Positions 9,448-18,387 of a stretch of 64,000 nucleotides of DNA are shown in pieces (positions within the stretch are counted from its first letter, which is position 1; each line of letters opens with the position of its first letter). Made by a program: the position numbers and the translations under genes. This DNA is from Alphaproteobacteria bacterium (GTDB taxonomy: Bacteria; Pseudomonadota; Alphaproteobacteria; UBA828). The notes under the pieces were generated by a model, which was not told the origin of the DNA, did not search any database, and worked only from the letters and a program-made list of their open reading frames with translations. The stretch covers positions 672,001-736,000 of the forward strand of contig CBDCRW010000004.1 in the NCBI GenBank assembly GCA_965221125.1. Direction: 5' to 3'.

Positions 9448-12400
9448 CTACAGGTTTCGTGTCGGCCCCCTGTCGCGGCTCTGCAACTGCGTCCGGTGCT
9501 CGGCGGAGAACCCCTCCATGCGGGACACAGCGTCTCGCAGCTGCCGCCGGGCGTCCTCCATGCGGTCGAGGTGGACGCCGTAAGTTCCGGGATCGTCGAG
9601 GATCGCCCTGCCCGCTTGTAGCAGCCGCTCGTTGCGCTCCAGCCAGTCACGGAACGGACGTAGCGTCTGGGGCGCGACGTCGCGATCGTGGGCGCGTCGG
9701 TAGATGCTGTCGTAGCGCTGCCAGTGCCTGTCGGCTTCCTCCAGCCAGGCCTCGAGGCGGGCGCCCGCTTCGAGATGGCGGGTGTAGCGCTGCACGAGGG
9801 CCCGGAGCCGCCGGCGCGGTTCGGCGGGCAGGTTCTCGTTCCCCGCGAACGCGTCGATGCGCCGGATGAGCGCGGCCGCCCCGTCGAGATCGAACGGGGA
9901 CATGCCGGACCGCTCCGCGCGGGCGGCATGACGCTGCCAGTCGATGCGCAGTTGCCGGTATGCGTCTTCCAAATGCTCCCGCGACGGAGAGGCATCGGGC
10001 TCGGCGGAGTTGGGCCGAACCGGGCGCGGCTCCTGCTCGCCCGGCTGCTGTGCTTCCGCGACATGCTCCGTCGGGCGGGCGGGCGTCTCGACGGGGACGT
10101 CGGCCTTCGCGAGCTCCTGCGACCGTTCCGTGTCGGTCTGCCGCTCACGCGCCGCCTTCCCGACGACGGAGCGGCGGTAGCTGCCGGCCCGGGCATGGAC
10201 GTTGTGCAGCTCTTGCAGCTCGCTTTCGCCGATACCGGCGCGCTCGGCCAGCAGGCGCTCATACACCTGCGGTCTGGTACGGAACATTCTTGCCTGTTTC
10301 ATCAGCGCGCCGTGTCTGTCCAGGGTCTCCCGGAAAGCCGGGCTCAACGCCACCGCGTCGCCCTCGTCACGGGTGCGCTCCCGGAGCTCATCCCACGCGG
10401 CCAAAACCTCGGCGCGCTCGGCCGCGAACGCGTCGATCGCCGCGCCGTGGCGCCAGCCGTTGACCGCATGGCGGATTTCCTGGGCGATGCGGATCAGCGC
10501 GTTGTCGTTCGCAGCGGCATGGGCCTCGGCTGTCCCTTGCCTCGCCTCTCCGGCGCCGCGCCCGTGATGCTGCGCGTTCTCCCGCGCATTCCGCCACATG
10601 CCGTCGGAGACGTAATCGAGCGCCGCCTCCTTGGGCTGGGAGCGCGACCAGCGCTCGGCCAGATAGGCCCGGACGTCGCTGTCCAGCACCGGCCGCTCCG
10701 CCTCGTCCTCGGGCCTGTGCTCGGCGATGTCGAAGGCGAGCGGCGCACGGTTGACATAGACGTCGATCCCCTCGCGATGCCGGGTCGCCGCGGGATAGAT
10801 GGTTTCCCGCGCCGGCCTTTCGTCTGCGAGCAGGAAGGCACGATCCACGGTCAGCCCCTGGGCCGAGGCGATGGTCATAGCGTAGCCGTAGTCCAGGCGG
10901 ATGTTGTCGTGCCAGTCGCGGATCTCGTCATGGCGGAACGCGACGTGCCTGCCGTCGTCGGTCCGGGCCGTGATATGGACGGAATACTCGGGCTCGGGAG
11001 CGCCGCTGTCCGGCTCAGGCGTTCGTCCGCCGGTTTGCCGGTTCCGGGCCTTGCGCGACACCGCCGCGTCTTTGGCGCGCTTCACTTCGAGGTCCTCCAC
11101 TGTGACCACGGTGCCGTTGAAGAGCTGCTTCTCCCACTGCGTGGCGCCGATGCGGATGCGGTCTCCGACCGCGATCTCGAGCGGCTCCGTCAGGCGCCCG
11201 TCCAGGTCCCGGCTCACCTCGATGACGGCGCGCTTCGCGTCGGGTGTGCGGGCAAGAACCCGTTGCCGCATCAGCCACGACAGCGCCCGGCCCTCCGCCT
11301 TCGTGCGCGCGAGCACGACGGTGGATGTGCCGGGCTGTGCGCGCACATGGCGCTCCCAGTCGTCCACCAGACGGGTCAGCGTCTTTTCCTCGTCGTGACA
11401 GAGGTGGAGGCGGCCCCGCACATGCCATGCCTCGATCGCCTTCTCCGCCTCCCCGTCCCTGAGCGCTTCCGAGACCGTCACCTGCCACGGCGTGAACAGG
11501 GGCTTGCGATCCATCGCCTCGTAGGCGGCGAGGATGGCATCACGTTCCTGCGGGTTCGTCAGCCCCGCCCGGAAGCGCGCCTGCTCCGGTGTCTCCTTGT
11601 GCACATGGACCAGCACGTCCTCGAGGTCCGCCTTCTGGCGCCTGATGCGGTCGACGCGGACGCTGCCGGCGACGTCGCGGATGAGTCTCAATCCCGGTCC
11701 CGCCTCCACCGGTTGCTGCTGCCGTGTGTCGCCGGCGAACACCACCTTCGCACCGTGGCGCTCGGAGAGCTGGAGAATGTGGTGCGCCTGCCGGGTCGAC
11801 AGCATCCCCGCCTCGTCCACCACGATCAGCGTGCGCTTGCCGATCTCGACCTGCTCCTTGGCCGCGAGCTTCAGCAGCTTGTCGACGCAATAGGCGCGCG
11901 CGTCGCAGTCGTCGCCCAGCGCCACCGCCGTGCGCCAGGCCACGGCCGTCGGCACGATCTCGTAGCCGTGCTCCTTGTGAAGATCCGTGATGGGCCTGAG
12001 CGTGGTGGTCTTGCCCGAGCCCGCCGCGCCCTCGATCACCGCCACGCGGCCGCCCTTTATTGTCGCATGACGGATCGCCAGCGACTGCTCCTGGCTCAGC
12101 GGATATCCCTGCTCCAACAGGGTCTCCACCTTCTCCTTGACCGCCTCTTCCGGCAGGCCGTGGCCGGTATCGGCGGTCATGGCTGCCGTCATGTCCTTGA
12201 CCGCCTGTTCCAGTTCGAGGTTGTGACGGGTGGAATAGACCTCGGTGTGGACCATGCCCGCCCTGGACTCGGCCGTGGGCTTCTTGGGCTCCAGCTGCTC
12301 GATCTCCGGGTTGCGGCGAAGCCGCTCAATGGAAGTCTTCAGCGCTTCGGGACCGATCAGGCCTGCCGCCGCATTCGCCGCCGCCTCCACCATGTCCGGG

Positions 12401-13431
12401 CGGCGGAACACCGCTTCCTCGCGGGCTAGGTGGGCAGGAAGATCGTCGAGCCGGGCCGTCAGCTCCCGGATGGCCTCGCGGCCGATCTCCACGTCGTTGC
12501 CGGTAATGGCGGCGATCAGCTCCTCGCGTTCGACGAAGCCGTCGGCCTCGCCCATCCAGCGCCGGTGCCTGACCTCGGGGTCGTTGTCGTGCGATTTGCC
12601 GGCACGGGTCAGCTTGTTGACGCCGGCCATGCGAGAGGCATTGCCGAGCGAGGGAATGCCCAGCTCACCGGCCTTAGCGACGATCGCCTTGCGACGCTTC
12701 GACCAGAATACCTGCAGGTCCTCCGGCATGCCCTCGATTCGGGTGAACCCGTTGTTGGGACCGTACTGCTCCATGCGGATTCCCAGGCGCTCACGGAGGT
12801 TCCAGGCAAGCGCATTGCGGTAGATCGCGCCCGCAGCCTTGGCCCAGCTGTAGACCGGGTACTGGTGCATGGCCCGCCACTTGCCGTCCTCGTGGGTGCG
12901 GGCCGCGTTGAAGATCACGCAGTGGGTATGAAGCTGCGGGTCGTTGTCCCGGCTGGTGCCGTGCTGGAACATCGCCACCGAGATATCGGCAGGCAGGACC
13001 CTGATGCGCCCCTCCTCGTCCCGGATCCGGGTCCAGGCGCAGTAGCGGAACACGGTCTCTTCCAGAGCCACCCGCGCGGCGTCGTTGTGCGCCTTCTCGA
13101 TCTCACCGCGCAGCTCGGGATCGGCAAGGGCCCAGAGCGTGGACACGCTCTTGTCGGCCGAGAAGGTCATGTCCACGCCGGGCGAGCGCGTCTCGCTGCC
13201 CGCGTTCCTGGTGAGCCTGGTGGAGCCGTCAGGCGCGAAGCCGTTGTAGAGCTTCTGGAAGTCGCTGCTGTCGACCTTGCCGCCGTTCTCCAGCCCGAGC
13301 AGGCTATTGGGGTTGAACCACACCCCGTCCGGCTCTTCGCCTGCCGTGTAGTACTCGTTCGGATGACGGAACGAGCGCTGGCTCTCCAGGTAGTAGGAGG
13401 CCGAGGCGGCCTGGGCGAGGGTGGTTACCAT
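9448..13431 (-). CDS. MobF (TrwC-type) relaxase fused to RecD-like helicase
   Basis: N-terminal YY...YY, DMTFSADKSVS, HGTSRDNDPQLHTH (HUH); helicase GAAGSGKT, VVDEAGM, GDTRQ, AQGLTVDR. Confidence 0.95.
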   Translation of the reverse strand: MVTTLAQAASASYYLESQRSFRHPNEYYTAGEEPDGVWFNPNSLLGLENGGKVDSSDFQKLYNGFAPDGSTRLTRNAGSETRSPGVDMTFSADKSVSTLWALADPELRGEIEKAHNDAARVALEETVFRYCAWTRIRDEEGRIRVLPADISVAMFQHGTSRDNDPQLHTHCVIFNAARTHEDGKWRAMHQYPVYSWAKAAGAIYRNALAWNLRERLGIRMEQYGPNNGFTRIEGMPEDLQVFWSKRRKAIVAKAGELGIPSLGNASRMAGVNKLTRAGKSHDNDPEVRHRRWMGEADGFVEREELIAAITGNDVEIGREAIRELTARLDDLPAHLAREEAVFRRPDMVEAAANAAAGLIGPEALKTSIERLRRNPEIEQLEPKKPTAESRAGMVHTEVYSTRHNLELEQAVKDMTAAMTADTGHGLPEEAVKEKVETLLEQGYPLSQEQSLAIRHATIKGGRVAVIEGAAGSGKTTTLRPITDLHKEHGYEIVPTAVAWRTAVALGDDCDARAYCVDKLLKLAAKEQVEIGKRTLIVVDEAGMLSTRQAHHILQLSERHGAKVVFAGDTRQQQPVEAGPGLRLIRDVAGSVRVDRIRRQKADLEDVLVHVHKETPEQARFRAGLTNPQERDAILAAYEAMDRKPLFTPWQVTVSEALRDGEAEKAIEAWHVRGRLHLCHDEEKTLTRLVDDWERHVRAQPGTSTVVLARTKAEGRALSWLMRQRVLARTPDAKRAVIEVSRDLDGRLTEPLEIAVGDRIRIGATQWEKQLFNGTVVTVEDLEVKRAKDAAVSRKARNRQTGGRTPEPDSGAPEPEYSVHITARTDDGRHVAFRHDEIRDWHDNIRLDYGYAMTIASAQGLTVDRAFLLADERPARETIYPAATRHREGIDVYVNRAPLAFDIAEHRPEDEAERPVLDSDVRAYLAERWSRSQPKEAALDYVSDGMWRNARENAQHHGRGAGEARQGTAEAHAAANDNALIRIAQEIRHAVNGWRHGAAIDAFAAERAEVLAAWDELRERTRDEGDAVALSPAFRETLDRHGALMKQARMFRTRPQVYERLLAERAGIGESELQELHNVHARAGSYRRSVVGKAARERQTDTERSQELAKADVPVETPARPTEHVAEAQQPGEQEPRPVRPNSAEPDASPSREHLEDAYRQLRIDWQRHAARAERSGMSPFDLDGAAALIRRIDAFAGNENLPAEPRRRLRALVQRYTRHLEAGARLEAWLEEADRHWQRYDSIYRRAHDRDVAPQTLRPFRDWLERNERLLQAGRAILDDPGTYGVHLDRMEDARRQLRDAVSRMEGFSAEHRTQLQSRDRGPTRNL

Positions 13432-13792
13432 GGTGCGGCGGCCGTGCTTGCCCGCAGAAACACGGCAGCGAGTGCCGATGGCGCAATCCTCATAGGCTTC
13501 ATATCGTCACACAATGGATTCGTGACATCCATCAGCCGTCGACTGTACCATCGGTCATTCTTCTCGGCAATCCGCACTTTAGTGCATAGGTGTGACACGT
13601 TTCTTTCGCTGTTATGTGGTTTCCATTGGAGAGACTCCGCGCAAGGCGAGGCTTCCACGGCAGGGACGGGGAGAGATCGCACCGGGTGGGGCCCCATCGC
13701 AGGGACCGAACGAGGCGTCCGTTGACATGGTGGGGTGGTCGGGCGATCTTGCGACACACCAGATGTAGTGGTCGGAAGAGGACGGAGACACA
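13432..13792. other. Candidate oriT / divergent promoter region
   Basis: AT-richer gap between the relaxase and a divergent small gene, with short inverted repeats (e.g. GCACTTTAGTGC). Positional inference only; nic site not identified. Confidence 0.4.
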
Positions 13793-14098
13793 ATGGCGGC
13801 AAGACGCTTCAACGAGACGGATATCGACTTCGATGGCATCGACGGCGACCTGGCGAAGCTGGCGCCGCCGAAGCTGAGCCTGAAGGACGTCCTGGACCGT
13901 CTGCGAGACCGCATGGTCGAGCAACGGTCCAAGGGCGTCACGGTGGCGCAGATGCACGAAGTGCTGAAGGCACGAGGCATCGAGATCGGGGAGAGAAGCC
14001 TGAAGGCCTTCCTCGACAAGGGCGAGCTGCCGGGACGGAAGGCCGCGAAGTCCGTGGCGAATGCCACGGCTTCGGGGGAAGGCGGGGACCCGTTCTGA
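13793..14098 (+). CDS. Small protein divergent from relaxase, putative relaxosome accessory factor
   Basis: GGAGA RBS, coding-like codon usage, HTH-like segment KGVTVAQMHEVLKARGIEIGERSLK. Confidence 0.55.
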   Translation: MAARRFNETDIDFDGIDGDLAKLAPPKLSLKDVLDRLRDRMVEQRSKGVTVAQMHEVLKARGIEIGERSLKAFLDKGELPGRKAAKSVANATASGEGGDPF

Positions 14099-15022
14099 AC
14101 GCGCAGGCGCGAAGCGCCGGGCGCGGGAGGGCGATATCGCTCGAAGAGCGATGAGCCGTGGCCGATGTCGGGAAAGAGGGTGAGCAACGGCGAAGGCGCG
14201 TCAGCGCCGAGCCTGTTGCGAGGCTGTAGCGGACCGCGAGCCGCCGAAAGGCGGCGAGAGAGGCAGGAGCGGCGGCGGAGCGAAGCGACGCACCGCGATG
14301 CGCGGATCCACGGAGGAGAGAAGAGCCGCCGGCGAGGGGAGCGGAGCGACCGAGCCACCGCGGCGGCCGTGCACGGGTCTGGCTGCCCGCACCCGCAAGC
14401 GTAGCGCGCAGCGACCGAAGGGAGCGCAGGCGCCAGGGATCGTCACCGGAACGGCGAAGACCGCGCAGCGGGCTTCGTGGAGCCGGGCGGGGCGAAGCCG
14501 CGCCCGGCGGAATAGAGCCCGGCGACCGGTCCGTAGGACCGGGCGGGCGCCCTTACCTTCCGAGCAGAACAGCGGGTGACAAAGGGCCATCATCGGGCAC
14601 GGTCGAGGATGACCAACAGGCTAAGGGCATCGAAAATTCACCGAACGGGACTCGGAGCGATCGCTTGGTGGCGGCGTCGAATGCGATGACGGAAAGAACC
14701 AAGAGGATGGAATGGAAGGCGTCGGCGCGCGAAGCACGGCGGCGATGAGCCGTCCGCAGGACGGCGAGGCGAAGCGCTGAGGATGGAGGGCCGAAGCTGG
14801 GAAGGAAGGAGACCGGCGAGCGTCCGGCGACGGCGCGTCGGCGCCGAGCCGGACGCGAGGCCCGGTCGGGCGGAGCGAGGCGGGATGGCGGCGCCGGGAG
14901 CGCGAGCGGCAGCGGCGCGAAGCGCCGCGCCGCGACGCGCGACACTTGGCACGGAGCAAAAGGGGGGCCGATCCCTCGCCGAAGCGAGGAACCGGCCCTG
15001 AAGGGTCGCGGAAGCGCCGTCG

Positions 15023-15190
15023 TCACGCGGCCACGCTCATGACCGGGATGCCGAGCTGGCGGGCCTTGTCGACCAGGTTCCCGGTGATGCCTGAACCGGG
15101 GAACGCAATGACGCCCTTCGGCAGCAGGTTCAGCAGCTCGTCGTTCCGCCTGAAGGGCGCGGCCTTCCCGTGGGCGGTCCAGTCCGGGCG
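15023..15190 (-). pseudogene. C-terminal fragment of DUF2493/YspA-like SLOG protein
   Basis: PDWTAHGKAAPFRRNDELLNLLPKGVIAFPGSGITGNLVDKARQLGIPV; no N-terminal part. Confidence 0.7.
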
Positions 15191-15470
15191 GCAGCGCGAG
15201 GCGAACGCGGCCGAGATCGACGCGGTGCTTGCCGAGACTGCCGACCGCCCCATCGTCGAGGTCTCGACCCGCGACCCCTGGTGGGGCGCGCGCCCCGTCG
15301 CGGACCGCTTCGAGGGCCACAACGTCCTCGGCCGGCTGTGGATGGAACTGCGCCAGCAGCTCCGCGAGAACGACCCGGCTGCACGCTCCGGCGCCTGGAT
15401 CGGCCGCATCCGCGTCGGCTGCCTCGCCGGCGACGCCCCTCTCGCACAAGCCGCGCCGCAGAACGCCTGA
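15188..15470 (+). pseudogene. C-terminal fragment of NADAR (YbiA-like) protein
   Basis: LAETADRPIVEVSTRDPWWGA....GHNVLGRLWMELR; N-terminus missing. Confidence 0.75.
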
Positions 15471-15605
15471 CCGCATTTGCGCCGACCACCGCAGATCGCG
15501 CCCGCCCATCGCCCCGAGCCGGCGAAAGGGGCGGGCGCTCTGGCTCGGGCGAGGTCGGACGACCGAGAGACGTCCGCGCCGACTCCCCGCATTCAGGAGC
15601 CGCCC

Positions 15606-16631
15606 ATGCCCGACCCCGACACCATCTCCGCCGACTACACGCTGCGCCCCAGCGAGCTCGCCGCCACCCTCAAGATCCTTGTCGAAGCCAGGCAGCCCGT
15701 CATGGTCTGGGGTGGGCCCGGAATCGGCAAGAGCGAGGTCGCGCAGCAGGTCGCCGCCGAAGGCGGCCGCACCTACTACGACGTGCGCGCCTTGCTGCTC
15801 GATCCCGTCGACCTGCGCGGCATCCCCTGGCGCGACGACGACAACCGCACGCGCTGGGCGCCCCCGGACTTTCTGCCACCCACCGACAGCACCGACCTCT
15901 ACCTCGTCAACCTGGAAGAGCTTCCCTCCGGCGTGCCCATGGTGCAGGCGGCGCTCTTCCAGCTCGTCCGCGACCGCAAGTGCGGTGAGTACGAACTGCC
16001 CGAAGGCGCCTCGCTCATGGCCTGCGGCAACCGCGAGGGCGACCGCGGCGTCACCCACCGCATGCCGACCCCGCTGGCATCCCGCTTCGTCCACCTCGAG
16101 ATCAAGGTCGATCCGTCGGACTGGTTGGAATGGGGAGCCGCGCACGGAATCGCGGCCGAGACACTCTTCTTCATCCAGCTCAGGCCGGAGCTTCTGAATG
16201 TGTTCGATCCACAGTCGCGCGAGGCGGCATTCGCGTGTCCCCGCACGTGGGAGTTCGTCTCAAACGTGGTGAACCAGCGCGGCAACCTCGACCCGGCCGC
16301 GGAGCGCGCGCTGTTCCGGGGCGCCGTCGGCGAAGCGGCGGCAGTCGAGTTCTCGGCCTTCCTCAAGGTCTGGCGGGAATTGCCTCACCCGAGGGCCGTC
16401 ATCGACGATCCGGAGAATGCCGACGTGCCCGAGAACGCCAGCGCGCTGATCGCGCTCTGCGGCTCGCTCTACCGCATGGCCGACGACGTCAACCTCGGCT
16501 CGATCGTCTCTTACGCCATGAGGCTCAGGCGCGAGGTGGGCGAGTTCCTCGTGGGCTCCTGCGTGCGCCGCGAGCCCGCGCTCCAGCACACCGACGCCTT
16601 CATCCGCTGGGCCGCCGCACGGACCCAGTGA
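15606..16631 (+). CDS. MoxR-type/AAA_5 ATPase, paralogue 1 (341 aa)
   Basis: AGGAG RBS; GGPGIGKS, NLEEL, ACGNR, PLASRFVH, PRTWE. Confidence 0.88.
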   Translation: MPDPDTISADYTLRPSELAATLKILVEARQPVMVWGGPGIGKSEVAQQVAAEGGRTYYDVRALLLDPVDLRGIPWRDDDNRTRWAPPDFLPPTDSTDLYLVNLEELPSGVPMVQAALFQLVRDRKCGEYELPEGASLMACGNREGDRGVTHRMPTPLASRFVHLEIKVDPSDWLEWGAAHGIAAETLFFIQLRPELLNVFDPQSREAAFACPRTWEFVSNVVNQRGNLDPAAERALFRGAVGEAAAVEFSAFLKVWRELPHPRAVIDDPENADVPENASALIALCGSLYRMADDVNLGSIVSYAMRLRREVGEFLVGSCVRREPALQHTDAFIRWAAARTQ

Positions 16632-17547
16632 CCCCCTGCCTAACCTGGCGCCCTTCGCCGGCGGCCTCGCCCACATCGCCGTCGAGCGCGAGTCCCAGGT
16701 CGGCAAGGAGGAGGGAGGCTCCAACTTCACCACCATCGCCAACCAGCTCGCCTTCCTCAACTACCCGGAGATGGCCGCCAGCACGGCGGCATCGAGCTTC
16801 GATCCCCTGGCGCTTGCCGACGGCGACACCGACCTGTTTGTGGTCGCGCCCGAGGAGACCGTCGAGCACGTCAAGGGCTGGCTCCGCCTCTGGGTCGCCA
16901 TCCCCAACGCCGTCGCCGGCGTCAGGCCGCTGGAGCGCGACATGCTGATCGTGATCGACGAGATGCCGCGTATCGGCTACCTCAAGCCGGTGATGGACGG
17001 CTACACCATGGCCGCCGGGAAGGGGGTGCATTTCTGGTGCTTCGCGCAGTCCATCTCGGCGCTGGACTCGTCATGGGGAAAGGAGCACCGCAGGACCCTG
17101 CTGCACTTGGCCGAGGTGGTGCAGGTGCTGGGCTTCCCGAGGACCGACGCCGAAGGCGCAGAGGAGCTTTCCAAGGCGATCGGCACCGCGACGTTCGTGG
17201 GCAGGACCGAGAGCAAGTCGGGGACCGTGGCCGAGAGCCGTGTCGTCACCGCCAACACACAGTGGCAGGCCGGCGAGTCGACGTCCCTCGTGCGCGAGCG
17301 GCTGGTGACGCCCGACGAGCTAATGACCCTGGGCGCCGACCGCCAGTACGTAATCGCGGCGCCCAAGGACATGCCGCGCGATGCGCTGCACCTCCACCAC
17401 GCCCGCTACTGGCACCGTCCCGACGCAGACCGTCTTGCCGATCCCAACCCCTTCGTCATCCGCAAGGAGCGCGCGGCGGGGGCCGGGGGCGGCGGCACGA
17501 GCCTGCTGGCGGGTGGGCTTCGAAGGTTCCTTCAAGGAGCGGCATGA
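16632..17547 (+). pseudogene. C-terminal part of TraG/VirD4 type IV coupling protein
   Basis: LIVIDEMPRIG, AQSISAL, AEELSKAIG, RERLVTPDEL. The frame is open from ~16630 but lacks TM segments and Walker A. Confidence 0.8.
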
Positions 17548-17833
17548 TCGGACACGGGGTTCCGCCGGCAGGGAGGCCGAGGGGCGCCGCACGTAGCATG
17601 TGCAGGACCGTGGTGCTTTACCGCCCCCGGTATTGTTGGGATGGATACTAAATAGACAGGTCATTGGTCAGTTAATTCACACAAAATACACATGCGATGA
17701 GTTATGCTGCGCAGTAGATTTCCCTTCGTCCGGACGGCGCGAACGCTGGAGTGTGCCGGGCGAGTCGGTAGCGCTAACCGACCTGACATTGTTGCGCTTC
17801 GCGTTGGCGCCCTCAATCGAGGAGTGACGGAAG

Positions 17834-18121
17834 ATGGCGTGCTACCTGGTCGCGGACATGCGCATTTCGGACCCGGGGCTCTTTGCCGAGTTTGCAGAGG
17901 CGGTTCCGGCGACGGTCGAACAATACGGCGGCAGATACCTGATCCGGGGCGGCAAGTTCGAAGTGGCGCAGGGCGACTGGACGCCGGACCGCGTGGTCGT
18001 CATCGAGTTCGGCAGCATGGACCAGGCGAAAGCATGGTACGATTCGCCGGAATTCGAGGGCCCCAGGCAAACGCTGGCACGCTCCAGCAACTCCAATTTC
18101 ATTTTCGTCGAGGGCGTGTAG
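17834..18121 (+). CDS. DUF1330 domain protein
   Basis: YGGRYLIRGG..EV..GDW...RVVVIEF.SMDQAKAWYDSPE. Confidence 0.88.
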   Translation: MACYLVADMRISDPGLFAEFAEAVPATVEQYGGRYLIRGGKFEVAQGDWTPDRVVVIEFGSMDQAKAWYDSPEFEGPRQTLARSSNSNFIFVEGV

Positions 18122-18387
18122 TCCCCACCACAGTGGCTGGCTTGCCTCCCCGATCGGCCGGGTGCGCGCTGCGGCTTGCGTGGAGCGCGCCATGAAAGCG
18201 TCTTTCGGAGCGGAGCGGCAGCCATCCGGCGCCGAACGAGCCGCTATGGCGCCGTTCACCCCGGTCGTCGGGACGTTCGGCATGCGACGCTGAACGAGTC
18301 CGCGCACATGCCCCTGCACGACGGCCGCAACCGGCGACAATTCGAGATCGAACTCGGTTCCGCGCAACGCAGGGTTCCGTCAGGCCA

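Noticed and set aside
9688-12429. 913-aa plus-strand ORF and similar long antisense ORFs (e.g. 18988-20709, 40854-41978, 61304-63334)
   Set aside because: Antisense shadows of genuine high-GC genes with no recognisable motifs.
14100-15020. Protein-coding genes or a defined ncRNA in the purine/GC-rich stretch after the mob accessory gene
   Set aside because: The ORFs are low-complexity and I could not define a structure; it may hold single-strand signals, but the sequence alone does not support a call.
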